The notes under the pieces: generated by a model
What the model was told of the DNA's origin: nothing
The model's input: only the letters and a program-made list of their open reading frames with translations
Database searches by the model: none
Shown here: in pieces, positions 37,869 to 51,068 of the stretch
How positions within the stretch are numbered: position 1 is the first letter of the stretch
Layout: every line of letters begins with the position of its first letter
Assembly: GCA_023213395.1 (NCBI GenBank)
Contig: CM041465.1
Location: 150,109,741-150,173,740, forward strand
DNA: 64,000 nucleotides
Direction: 5' to 3'
From: Cycas panzhihuaensis
Taxonomy: Eukaryota > Plantae > Cycadophyta
Program-made: the position numbers and the translations under genes

Positions 37869-37940
37869 CTAGTATTCATTGATAACTTTCAACATCCTAT
37901 GACACTACAATCACTAAGCCTTAGTTGTTAAGTGGGTAAA

Positions 37941-40900
37941 TATTTAGTTAAAATTTTGCCTCCTTACTCATTAGATTTTGTTTCCTCTTCATTTTTGCTT
38001 TGTCTAGGTTTGATTATTTGATGTGATATTGTTGTGCAATATGAGTATTTATTTTTAGGGCATCAATGATTAGAAAATTCAGCTTAACCATGTAAAGAGT
38101 GAAGGCCTATCCTCTTTATACTATTATCTAACCCTTAGCTATTATACCTTGGCTTTTGTTGAGAGTTTATCATGAGTTTGTCTATCTATTTTTCCTTGAG
38201 AATTATTATTTGTTTGGTTTTTATTTTTTAACAGTATTATCTTACCACATTAATTTTTTTAGCAGGATCCTTCCAAGTTTATATTTACTCCTATAAAAAT
38301 ATAAGAGTATGTAATATACCACCATAAATTATATTTGTACCACTAAAAAAATGGGCTATACTACCAAAATTTATAGTATAATTAGTGTAATTTTTCCATA
38401 TGCTACTTAATTTTGGTGGTATTGTCTATTATGATCTTAAAAAAATCTTAATTTTAATATTATTTTATGTTCTATTAGCTTTTTTACCAAATAAAATGTA
38501 ACATGGAATATAATAGGCCAAAGTACAAGTGGGTTCTTATAAAAACCATGTTCTAAAGTACTTGATTTAATCTTGTAAGTTCATTTAGTATGGGGTATTT
38601 TGTCCCTCATTAGATCTTTTGCTACTACCTTGGTTGTCCTTTTACTTTGATCTCTTTCTCATGAGCTTTTATTATTGTATATACTTCTTTTATAGGTATT
38701 GGATATTTGTCATGATGAGTGATATGCTTATGGAGAAGTTGTGATGATCCCCTTTTGTTTGTGAAGTAAAATGACTAGTTGGCATACTCTAATATCATGT
38801 TAAAATTTATAAAAAATATTTGGTTGTCTTAAAACTATTGTTACTTTTTCTAAATTTGGCCATTTACACCTCTATGATTGTAGATCTTTAATAAAACCTT
38901 CATTTACTTTATACCTACTTCAAACCTATTTGAATCATAATTATACCTCATAAAATATCACCAATAAATATATGTGGAATCTCATAAACTTTTGAAACCC
39001 TCATTTCCTCAAAGATTTCATATATCTCTATCATTTCTCAATAGTAAATTATTTTTCTAATAAGATACCATCAGATAGAAGAAAATCCATAAATAACATG
39101 GATAAAAATTTATATCAAGTAAAATAAGGTATAAGAGATGTACTTCTTTATTATGTTCTCCTTTATAGGGTGATTAGTCTTACATAGGGTGTTCATTTCT
39201 CTTCTTCATTCAAATATCAATCATGGACTTATAATGAAACCTACATGCTTATGATATAGGCTTACATATGTAAAATATATCTACAAATTCATAATAATAA
39301 TTACTTACCAATTAGGAGATCCCCTTTTTATTTTTACATAAATTCTTCTTCATATTTTCTTTATCTTATCCCAAAGTCTTGGCCATATATCATTAGTATA
39401 ACCTATTTTTTAGATCATCAAATAAACTCATAATATTAACTCCTAATGCTAAATCACATTGATCTATCATTGGCTTATACGATGAATGCATGGATCAGCC
39501 TCAAATGGCAAAGATTTATATCATACGTATGATCTTTAACTTGCTATGTCAACTTGATTTATTTTGCTTCTTACTTCCATTGCACAACTTTAATTTGACA
39601 TCTTATTAATATTTTTATGTATGCTTTAGGATCTCTCTACTTGTTCTCTAATATCATGTTAAAGTTTATTGTATAGGATAACAACTTAATGTAATAAAGT
39701 AGAATGAAATATAATTACACGATCAATTAACTATATAATAAACATAATAAATGAATAAGGATAACGGCAAAGATTCAATTATACAAACATCATATATGAC
39801 ACTATATTTACTATGAAAAGTTTATGAATAAGAAAAACCACCTCAAATTATAGAAGATATTTTATTAAAGAAGAATAAGCAACAATCCTTTCGGTAAGCC
39901 ATCATAGCCTCACAAGGAGGACTGGGTGATCTAATTTGCCTTATAATATATATTTCTATTATATAATGTATTACCTTATCATCATCCAATCATCACTAAA
40001 CACTAATTAAATATTATATTAATATCTATAAACTTTAATATTTCTAACACTTTGGTATCCCATTACTTATGGGTCTGCCCTTATCATTTAGCTTTCTAAA
40101 TAAAATTTTCTATACTTTTACGTCCTAATTTTTAACAAAAATTAGTTTCTCTAAGCCATCATTATCATCCTCTTACTTTCAATTTTGTAAGCGAATTAGT
40201 GAGGATTTTGTTTCCTTCTTGTTTAAGGAACAAGACTTACCAATAATTTGCTTCTCTCATGTCACTTTTTTAAGTGAGAATTATTGTGCCTAATATTTCA
40301 TCAATGTGATTATGATCTTTTTGATTTTTAAATACATTTCATTCATTGGTTTAAGGTTTTTCATTTTTTTCTGATGGCACTTATGATTGGACTTCTAACC
40401 AAGGGACTCTCCCTTGATTATGTCATTATTAAGACCAATTTCCCTTATATGTTCTTAAATAGTTTGATTACTTACTCTTTGCCTTACCTCCCCTCTTATA
40501 TACTAGTAGTATAAATTATTTAATTAGCCTTCTAATCATAATTATAAGGTGTTCACCACCCTCAAATTCACATATAATTAGTGTGTAATATTTATCTTCT
40601 TATTTCAAAATTTATTTAGGGTATATTTTAAATCACTCTTATTGAAAGAAATTTGAGTTATATTTATCTTTTAAAAAGTTGCTTTTTAAATCTCTAATAG
40701 CAAAGGGGATTTAACTAATATCATCTTTGCAAAACCTTGTCTTAATTTTGTGTTGTGGTCTGTAGCCTTTTTGTGTTTTTGAGGTGCTTTTTCTTAGACC
40801 TAAAGTAAGACACTCTTAAAGCAAAAAGCTAAAATTCAGTAAAGGAAAAATCAATAAATATAAAAATCATAAAATAGAATAACTAAAAGGAATCCCAAAA

Positions 40901-41443
40901 GGTATTCACTTCTTTTTCTTACCCTTAGCTTTTATCATTTTATTTAGATCTCTTGTGAAATATTATTGTTTTCCTTATCACTTAGGTGTATGGATGTGAT
41001 TATGAAGAGAAAAATCAAGTGCAAGTGCACTTGGAGCTTAGGCACTCTAGTTGCTTATTTTCTTTTATGAATCTACTTATTTGATCTTTATTATTTCCTT
41101 TATGCAACTTACCTAGCATGTTTAGTTAAGGGTAGATTTATATTTGATTGATGTTACTTGCTAAAAACATAGTAGTTGCATCTCATTATTACTTGTGATT
41201 ATCATATATTACTAACCCCTTTGTAGTAAAAATAACATCTATAGAAATCATCACACCTGCACATGCAAAATTAGTCATTAGAATAGAGTTGACCTACTAT
41301 CGATGTGTTGTGAAAAAGAGGTTAAAGATGTATAAGATGATGGATCCTTTTACCTTAAGTGGAGTTATAAGGAGACCTACAAGGATTTCCTATAGTTTTG
41401 AGCAAGGCCTTTATTTAGGATTTTTCATTATTAGGTAAATATA
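37941..41443 (+). repeat. Probable 3' LTR of the Tat host, interrupted by a copia-derived fragment; right boundary uncertain
   Basis: Starts right after the PPT-like AAGTGGGTAAA and carries ACTACCAAAATTT-type motifs. The 5' LTR is not in the window, so this cannot be confirmed. Confidence 0.4.
39645..40049 (-). mobile_element. Copia-type LTR (39657-40049, 393 bp) with degenerate PBS (39645-39656); truncated element extending left to at least 38786
   Basis: TGTTAAAG...TTCTAACA termini; PBS TGATATTAGAGA on minus; the end and the AAAACCACCT motif resemble the Copia-1 LTR; the PBS+LTR-end junction is duplicated at 38786-38810. Confidence 0.7.
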
Positions 41444-42371
41444 TTTGGTGATAATCTTGTGTTTGAAGTGAGGCATAATCAGACACCAATACCCAAGTCA
41501 TAGATAAAACTAATTTAACATACCAGAGAGATAAGAAAAATAACAGATGTCTTATAGGTTTTCTTCTTCCAATTCCTCCCTAATTATTTATTCCTTTTAT
41601 CTATTTCTTTTCTCCTTCATAACTTCACTTGAGTCATAATTATTATTTATTCAACCCTTATTATCACCTACCATTCTTATCTCACATCATTCATTGAGCC
41701 TTATCTTGAGTTAACTATACATTGAGTCATATCTTAAGTTAGTTATTTGGACTTATCATCAAACCTTATTTGGTAGCTTCACCTCCTACACCTCCTCTTC
41801 TTATGAAAGGGCTAGTTTATTTAGGACCTCCTAAATCATGAACAAATAGTATGTCATACATTACCTCTCTACTCTAGTATGCACTATGCACTATTAAAGA
41901 ATAATCAATATTTATAAACCTCATCTATTACATATCATTTTTTATATCATCATGATGGAGTGGATTCTAGTTTTATCAAATCTTTTTATTATTTCAATCA
42001 ATTAATTATTTTAGTGCTAGATCATAAGTGTATACTTATGTAATCTTACCTCAATATAAAAATTAAAATTTTATTAGCTAGATTTATCATATATTTCACT
42101 ATTGTCTATCATTTATCCTTTATTTACTCTAGTATTATATTCAAATAATTTTGAGACTTTATATAACCTTCATATTAGTGTTGGATACTATCATCATCAA
42201 AATCTTCTACTTACTAGCCATGAATATTAGGATGCTTTAATTCCATTTTTAGGTAAACTTACATAGTTTAGTTCAATCTTATTTAATGCTTGTTTATGTA
42301 ACAATCATCAATTATTTGTCATCTTACCATAATCTAAACCTCCCAAATGTGTCATCTATAAATACCTTTAA

Positions 42372-42417
42372 CACACACACACACGTCTTGTGTGGCGTCT
42401 TTACACACACACACACA
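42372..42417. repeat. Interrupted (AC)n microsatellite
   Basis: Two AC runs separated by ~18 bp. Confidence 0.85.
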
Positions 42418-43848
42418 TTCTATGTTTATTTTTTATGATGATGAGTTTTATTTCATATAATCATTCTATATATAAATTTATCTAAATAAGTATATAAACA
42501 AAACAATTAATCTTAATTATATTTGGTGATCATTACATATATAAAGTTGATAAAATTCATATATAGAAGAATTAATTTAGTTTCTATCATCAATGAGGAT
42601 TTAATATATAATTCATAGTTAGAAAGATAAAAAATAAAAATTTAGTTTTTAATATTTGGGGTTAAATCCCATGTGATTCAAGAGATATTTTAATATGTAA
42701 TTTTCCTTTTGTTAAAGTAGAAAAACAAGTTTACATAAGTCAAAAAAAAGAAAAAACTTTTGCATTTATCATCGCTGCATATACACCTTAGTTAAATGCA
42801 TTATACTTAAGCTTTTATATAAGGAGGTCATAAGTTTTAACTTCATTTTTGTCATTCACTTTCTCTTTTATATTTATACTCAATAGAGTCATGTGAGTAA
42901 TGTTGAAGCATTTAATATTTATAATTGACTAGTCTTATAACTTTAAGTTATAAGCCTCCCCTTTTATGTATTGTACAATTAGTTACTATTTATTATTGTG
43001 TTTAGGTGATGAGTAATGGGGGTTATTGAATCATTCAATATATGTCAATCTTAGTTTGTATGTAGCTTATTCATTGTAGTACTAATATGCACATTAGTGT
43101 GTTGTAAGTTTTTGAAGAGATAAAGATAAATATAATTATACTTTTGAAACCAATTTTCTGAGTGCTATTATAGCTATCTCTCTCAATTTATATCCTAGTT
43201 GCACACTAATGTCATATCAAAGTAAGGTTGAGTAATTGTGATAGTGTAGGGTTTCAATTTGAGAGATTAAAATTAGTTTTAAGCCTTTTCTTTTTAACTC
43301 TTATTGGAAGTTATGAGTTTTAATGTGTTATATTAGCTAGGTTTAAAATTAGTAAAATAGAGATTGATAAAACCCTACACCAAGGTATATTACTTTGTGC
43401 ATACAACTTTTAAAATGGATGGATAAGTGAATTATTAGCAGATCACCCATAGTATACGAATATATATTTTCAACAATAGTTGGTGTTAACGAAGCTATAC
43501 ATTAAGTAGGCTAGATGGTCTTCAGAAAAAAGTGTCATTCATGAAGGTTAACTAATGGTGAATGTTGCACTTAAGTGCTTATACGAATGTATAGGTGTTC
43601 AAACATAAATGAATCCCAAGCATTTGGCTATGAGAGATAGAACATAACATTCATTTGGATCAAAAGAAAACTTAAAAGATGTCGAATGATGTAGGGGAAT
43701 TTAAAATGCCAATTATGATAAGAACACAAGGATGTAGCCATTGAAACACTAATCATAGATCTTAAAGATAATATTACAAAGATGAATAAATGAAAAACAC
43801 ACAAAAATTTCTAAAACCACATGAAATATCCCTTTATCACCATTTGCA

Positions 43849-43876
43849 TAATAATAATAATAATAATAATAATAAT
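43849..43876. repeat. (TAA)n microsatellite
   Basis: Direct reading. Confidence 0.9.
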
Positions 43877-44866
43877 CAAAACATTGTAAATGTAGAGGAT
43901 GTAGGAAGAGTATGTGAGAGAATATTCATTTTTCAAAACATAAGATAAATTTTATTTGTTACTTTCTAATGATCACATGACATTAAATTATTTTATATAA
44001 CTTTTGAAATCTAGACTTTAGCACCTTGATAGTTAGCCCTTGATCACATGGAGCAAAAGGGGCTACATGCTTTTTAGGTTTATCCATTATCTATTTTCAG
44101 AAATAAAATACATTGCCTCATATTTTTTCAAGCTATTTCTTTCTATAGTAGTAGCATGCACCACTTCTATATAAACTTTGAAGAAAATTATAAATTTCAC
44201 TTTTTTAAATTGATTCCAACTACCTACATTTAAACTAAGGAAGTGAATAGGTAAATTCTAGCTATTTACATGTGGACTAAAGACATTGGATAACATTTTA
44301 TTTTATTTTTAGTGTCTTTTTTTTTTTGGTTATTTTTTGCAATTATAGGCACTAGAAAATAATCTTTGATAAGTTTCAAACTGTAAGTCAAGCTCTAATC
44401 TAATAAGATAAATATTTTTTTACAATGGTAAGATAGGTTAGTATAATGGTATTTGCTACTAAAATTTTAACTAGTTTAGATAATTATGGTATATAAAAAC
44501 ATCAAATATTTAGCTTCCTTATTTAAATAATTTATAGATGTATGTTGATAACTCTATTATAGGTAAAATAACTATAGAAATCAGTTTTTTCACAATTAAA
44601 TTAAAGGATGTTATATATTTTAGAGTTGGGCATGAAGTAAAATTGAGAATTACCTTTGGTTTTATAAGTTTGCCTATCCTTTATAGTCTTATTATAAATA
44701 CTAGAGGTTCCATTACCTCTAAGAAATTCTAGTATACTACAACCAACCTGTTTAAACATGAGGATGATGCAAAATCCCCAAAGTTAAGGAATCAATTATA
44801 CAACATGAAGCTTGTTGGATCAATGATAGACCATCTATAACATGTTAAATCTATTCAAGACTAACT

Positions 44867-45178
44867 TGAAGGAAGGATGGATCTAGGAGATAAATCACTC
44901 ACATGCACACAATGGTAATGGAGAATGAAAAAGAAGATGAAACAAGATATGAGAGTAAGCTTGGAGGTGAGAATGAACAATTATCCCCTCCTTGAGATTT
45001 CACCTTTTATTATTAAGGGTGAGCATTAGGGTTAGGATTTTCCTGCCTAATGACATGAACCCGAAATTACATCTAAATGCACATAAAGTACATTTTATTA
45101 AGAGACTAATGCTAATAATATATCCTAAGGTCACATAATTAATCTACACAAATGACCTTGATACATTAACCTCTTTCA
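44867..45178 (-). repeat. Copia-6 3' LTR
   Basis: TG...CA termini; ~96% identical to 52209-52520. Confidence 0.97.
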
Positions 45179-45639
45179 ATCCCCCCCTTAATGGTGGAAG
45201 GTTATTTTTAGAAAATCTATTCTATGAGGTCTTCATTTGAGCCTCATTATTATATTAAAATTCTAAATGACACTTTTGTGGGAAAACCCTTATGGGGAAT
45301 AAAAACCCACAAACTTTCTAAGGTCTATAGCCCCTTTTATAAATCAAAATGGCTAAGGTGGCTCTTTGATGTAGCCTGATAACTAAGTAGCTTAAATGTG
45401 TAGCTTAATCTGCTAAGTCTCCATATAATGTTTGGTCATCCCCTATGCCCTTGTAGGTTGTCACAGGTTCTAATTTTCTAAAACAAGTACAACCCTTATC
45501 CTTCTGTGTCCATATGGGATTTTTACAAAGAGGATAGAGTAGAGACTTACTCTTATTCTTCTGCGCCTATAAGGGATTTTCATGAAGAGAATAGAGTATG
45601 ATGATCCTATTGCCATCTTCTTTGATCAATCAAAGATGG

Positions 45640-48600
45640 AGGCCCTAAGGCCGAGTTGCCTTCAGAACTATTTAAACTTCACCCTTTGTAGCGGTTTGGT
45701 GAAGATATCGGCCACTTGATCTACTATGGGACATTAATCTAATTGAATTGTGCCGTCATGAATAAGTTCCCTAATCCTGTGGACTTTCATACTTATGTGT
45801 TTCATATGATCGTGAAATACAGGATTTTTCGCTATGCAGATTGCTGATTGATTATCCACATGAGGACTTGTAGGACTTGTTTGGGTGATATTCAATGTTT
45901 CCAATAATTTTCTCAGCCATATCACCTCTTTACTGGTCTTAGAAGCAACAATGTATTTAGCTTCACGATTGAATCAGAACTATCTTACGATGCGGATCTC
46001 TATGATATTGGTGCTGTTCCAAGAAACATTACATACCCAGATGTAGATCTTCCTGTATCTTTATCTCCTACAAAGTCTGAGTCTATGTATGCAGAAAGCT
46101 TGAAGTCTGAATTAGGTTCATACAACAGACCATATTTGTTGGTCATCTTATAGTATCTCAACACTCGCACTATTGCTTGCCAATGATTTTGCTTAGGATT
46201 TATCATATAACAAGCAAGAATGCCGACTGAGTGTATAATATCTAGCCTTGTATTAGTAGTGTAGATGAGACTACCTACAAGTTTCTTGTAGAGTGTTACA
46301 TCTGCCTCCCTACTGTCACCTTCAGCTGAGAGTTTGGTGTTAGGATCCATAGGTAACATCACTAGTCAAGCATCTTCTAACTAGAACTTGGTTAGAAGAT
46401 CGTTGATGTATTTTTCTTGGGAGAGGAAAATTTTTTCATTCTTTTATGTTACTTCAATTCCCAAGTAATATTTCATCAAACCGAGGTCAGATAATTTGAA
46501 CGTTTTACCAAGGTCCTTTTTCAGCTGGCTTATTGCCTGTTCACTATTACCCATTACTAGCATGTCATCCACAAAGATTACGAGATAAGTGACTTTATCC
46601 TTATGGTGCTTGATGAACAATATTGCATCAATATCTTGATAGTCACAAACCTTGTATCCAAGTTACCTCATCCTTTCAGACAACTTGGCAAACCAAGCGC
46701 GGGGGGCTTATTTAAGGCCATACAAGGACTTTCTGAGCCTACAAACCTTATGCTCTTAACCTTTGATCTCATATCCTTCTGTATGAGCCATGTAAATTTC
46801 TTCTTCAAGATCTCCATTGAGAAATGCAGTCTTAATATCGAGTTGGTAGATTTTTCAATCCTATTGAGCAGCCAAGGCCACAAGAGTTATAATTGTAGGC
46901 CACTTAGTTATAGGTGCAAAGACTTCAGTGTAGTCGATGCCTTCCCTTTATGTAAATCCTTTAGCTACCAACCTCACCTTATATTTTTCAAGGATGTCAT
47001 CTGATCTATATTTGTTTTTTAACACCCATTTATTTTGAACTGCCTTTCTTCTAAGTGGTAGATCAACAAGCTTCTATGTATCATTCTTGATAAGAGATTG
47101 GTACTCTTCATTCATGGCGTTTCTCTAAGTTGTATACTTTATAACTTCTTGGTATGTTAAGGGCTCTTCATTAAGAGTAAAGTGCAATTCTACTGGTTCA
47201 AACTTAGTATATAATGATTCATGCATCCTTGCTCTATGGGCACTTCAATTGCTAGTTTTGCCCATCTCATCTGGTCATATGTCCTTATTGAGCTGGCGGG
47301 CTTCTCGAGATCCTTGAGTTGGGAATGATGTCCTTATTTCCCCAACTTCTTGGTTCTTATCATGTTCATTAAAATGATTATTTTGTGAGGAGGATGTTGA
47401 TATGCCTGAGGAAGATGGTCCTTCTACCACTATTTTGCCTTTGTCAAATGAAGTTGGAGAGGATGGTTCTTCTATAATGGCTTTGCCTTTGTCAACTTTG
47501 CTATCTTTGAAAGATGGTGCTGGATGTGCACTTATTTGTTTAGAGTCACAACTTGTATCCTCCAAGGCTCTATTATTAGCTTCCAACATTTGGAGTAATT
47601 TATGTTTGTCCCCCCCGCCCCCCTCCCCCCCCGCCAAAATTTTAGAATCTGAATATCATACTTGATAACATTATTGTAGTGGTGTGAGGGTACTATGGAG
47701 TCTAATTTAAGTAACTGATCTTATGTCTCTACAAAAACAACATCTTTAGTAACAATGATTTTTCATTGTGAAGGTATGAAGACCTTATACCCTTTCTTAT
47801 CCATAGGGTATCCATCAAAGATGCCTTTTAGTGCCCTTGGCTAGAGTTTATTTCAATCTATATCTAGAATATGGGCATAGCATCTAGAGCCAAAAATTCT
47901 AAAGTAGTGAATAATGGGGGCTTGTCTTGACCACTTTTCATTAGGTGATTATACTTACTTTGATGAGCTAATAGCATTGATACAATAAATAACTGTCTAG
48001 ATTGCTTCAGCCCATAGATAGGGAGGTACATTTTTATATATTAACATAGCATGAGTCATGTTCATGATTGTCCTGTTTATGCGCTCGGTAACTCTATTTT
48101 ACTGTGGGATACCTACTACTATTGTTTGATGCTTTATTCCATTGTCTCGAAGGTAGCTTTCAAACTCATGTGAGGTATATTCACCACCATTATTAGTTCG
48201 AAGACATTTGAGTTGATAACCTGACTCTTTTTCAGTGAGGGATTTGAATTCCTTAAATATACGGAATGCTTCATCTTTCTTGTGCAGAAAAGCTACCCAT
48301 ACTTTTCTAGTAAAATCATTAATGAAAGAGATGTAATATAGCTTACCCTTCAGTGAAGGAATGGGCATTGGCCTGCACAAATCAGAGTGTACCAATTGTA
48401 ATAGATGGCTCGATTTCCACTGACTTTTAGAAAAGGATTATCAATGAGATTTGGTAATGATACAAGCTTCATATTTAAAGGGCTTAGAGGAAAACTTTGG
48501 AAGAGTATTAGAAAGATCTCTAAGTCTATCAATGTGAACATGGCCCATACGAGCATGCCAAAGAGCTTCTAGTGACAACGTTGGATAGGTCAAGATGGAA

Positions 48601-50212
48601 TTAAATGTAAATTCTTCATCGGCACAAGGGCTTTAGGCACAATGGGCTTCAAAAGATGGAGAGCCATTTAGTCGAAAGAGTTTGTGAGAGAGATGTCCAA
48701 TCAAAACCACCTGATTAGTTGAAGGGTGAATGACCTTAAGAGCCTGGTCATTTACGATTACACTCAGATTAAATCCACAAGAAATAAGTGTAGATAAAGA
48801 GAGTAGGTTTTGTTTGATATTGGGTATGTATAAGACATCAGGCAATGTAAAATCTTTTAAGCCTAGGAGTTTCAAGTGAATGTTGCCAATTCCTTCAATA
48901 GGTTGTTGTGATTTATTAGCCATGTGAATAACTCCATGAACATTTGAGTCAAATGTTTGATATAGACTGTGATTACATGTCATATGTTGAGTTGCTCCTG
49001 TGTCCATGATCCACTGTCCATCGATTGAAGCCACACTATTGGCAATTCTAATAGGGCTTGGCATTAGTGAAGGGAATTCACAAGTGATATATCCACACTG
49101 AGCTTCAAAGTATCTCTTTAGTTGGTTAATGGTATTTGATGCTGAAGATCCCTTAATTCTTTGAATGTGTGCTTGTATAAAACCTATACCACTAAAGGAT
49201 TTTTCACAAATTTCCTTAACATTGTGAGCTCCATGTTTTGGTTGGAACTAGCCAACTTATAAGTGGCAGTTCTACAATCTTTTACTAAGTGTCCTTTACG
49301 GTTACACAGATCACACATAATGGTTTGATTACCAGTCCCTGAAGAAGTACTAGTTTGGCCTGATTATCTTGCTCTTTGTTGAGGTAGCCCTTGGCCTTGA
49401 AACTGTCAAGGTTGTGATTGAGGGTTTGATTGACATTATGGACAATTTCCTATATTTCATCCTCTTCCTCTTGCTCAGTTATTTCCTCTACCACGAGAGG
49501 GACCTTGATTTTTTATGTAGCAAACTTCTTCTTCTACCTCAAAAGCTGTATCTAGAAGAGAGTCAGAGGTTACGAAGTTTGTATCAAAGGTCCTGTCAAA
49601 TTCTATAAACTTCTCGGTAAATGTTTCGAAGTTGAGTGTCTTCAATGTTCTACTAGATTAAAGACTTCCAAGCAAGTTTTTATAATTGGGGACATGTAAA
49701 TATGACTAGATAAAAAATGCCCAAGTGATGCATTAGGTCTTAAAGTCTTTGTTAATTACCTATTTGATTGGTCGAAGGAGATTTATTGTCTCATGAGCTT
49801 GTCCCTTCTGCATTTTTAATTTGTTCATTTTTAAAATAAGATGAACAAATTCTAAATCTGACTTTGTATCAAAGTTCTTTTAAAGAACTTCTAGGACTTT
49901 CCAAGCTGTATCATGTTCCTCTTCGTTTATCAAGTTATGCAAGGAGTGATCAATGACCAACAAAATTCCTACACAAATCTTTTCATCATCTATCTCCCAT
50001 TGTAGTTTAGCTGCAGCATCTGTAGGAGCTGTTGGGGTGGATCCACTGGAAGCAACTGTTGTAGCCATTGCTAGTATGTTAGATGTAGGCTGCAAGTGGG
50101 CTCTCCAAAGGCCTTTATACTTTGCAGCATTTTTAATTCTAGTGTACCATATATCCCAATTTTCTTTGCCTTTTAATATGCAGTTAACATTTTACTTGAA
50201 TTGAGATGACAT
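45640..50212 (-). pseudogene. Copia-6 gag-pol
   Basis: Starts MSSQFK*NVNCILKGKENWDIW at 50212; ORFs 48633-49064 (WIMDTGATQHMT protease), 48099-48395 (integrase), 46000-46362 (RT end), 45734-45925 (RNase H VDNQSAI..AKNPVFH). Confidence 0.95.
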
Positions 50213-50978
50213 GGTGATGATGAAGAAGTAGAAGAGATGATAGAAGTATGTGCCATTGACACGTGTGGCTAGTACACCTAGCGCAATAGGGATGTAGAAA
50301 TGATTGTTATAATGAGAAGCAAGCAATGATTAACTATTTTTTAATAATTATATAAAAAATGAATATAAGCAATGATGCAAGAATGAGGCCTAATGTAGAG
50401 CTGGTAAAGAGTGGTGATGTGTCATGCCATTAACCTCTTAGTTATGTCTAAACATAGGTGAGGTTTCAATGCTTAAGGCTTCTAGTATACGATTAGGGCC
50501 TTCACCCATGATACCCGCACCTACGCTTGGTGATGAAATCCAAGTCACAATGGAGCCCAGGTACTCCCAATCCTCACCCAGTTCACTAATGAGCAGCTAT
50601 ATACCTCCTCCAAAGAGTCAAATGGTACTGTGTATCCCATGACTATGATAGATATTGGACCAGGTTAATTTTAATCTTATATTAAGGTTTTTAGTTTTTC
50701 GGGGTGGCTATTAGGATTATCCCTGATTGGGGGCCGTAGATATGGCTAACCTATCCCTCCACCACTATTTTGGTTAAGACTAGACCCAGTATGAAACTCA
50801 CACCTCCCTTAGGACCTAGACTTCAGCCAACCTTGGTCTATTTCAACCAAGACGAGTGTGTACACAAGTCAAGAGCTAGCGGTATAGATCATATGGATGA
50901 GATTCCTTTTAGGAATAGTGTAAGATATTTCCGTATAATTAAAAACTGAAATAGAAAGTTGCCAAATATGCTTGCTTA

Positions 50979-51068
50979 CTTTATTGTTCTTGCTGCTTTT
51001 ATGATACTTTATTGTTACTACTGCTTTTATGATGCTTTATTATTGTTGTTGCTTTTGTGATGCTTTAT
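50979..51068. repeat. ~28-bp tandem repeat (CTTTATTGTT...GCTTTTATGAT), ~3 copies, in the Copia-6 leader
   Basis: Direct reading. Confidence 0.8.

Larger units (their letters stand above)
1..37940 (+). mobile_element. Ty3/gypsy Tat-type (non-chromovirus) host retrotransposon, internal region; 5' end outside the window, interrupted by several nested elements
   Basis: Removing the TSD-flanked inserts rejoins a PR-RT-RH-INT gypsy order. Motifs: RT CPKDNFPLPF (~9012-9041); RH ...KANLT|RYAKW across 9935/17073; INT ...MWSEV|ALLTS across 19783/30777; INT core SSPYYP..G..EAFNKSL and LWAYHT (~30940-31085); aRH at 37483-37868; PPT-like AAGTGGGTAAA ~37930-37940. Confidence 0.85.

Noticed and set aside
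43244-43380. Inverted repeat GTGTAGGGTTT...AAACCCTACAC as a MITE
   Set aside because: Only 11 bp perfect, no TSD, no second copy in the window.
42420-44300. Unassigned AT-rich stretch as possible host gene or intron
   Set aside because: No ORF, recognisable exon or repeat boundary that I can support.
46603-47004. 133-aa plus-strand ORF (and similar ORFs at 25399-25716, 26366-26638, 47402-47665, 49369-49608)
   Set aside because: Antisense shadows of copia gag/pol frames.
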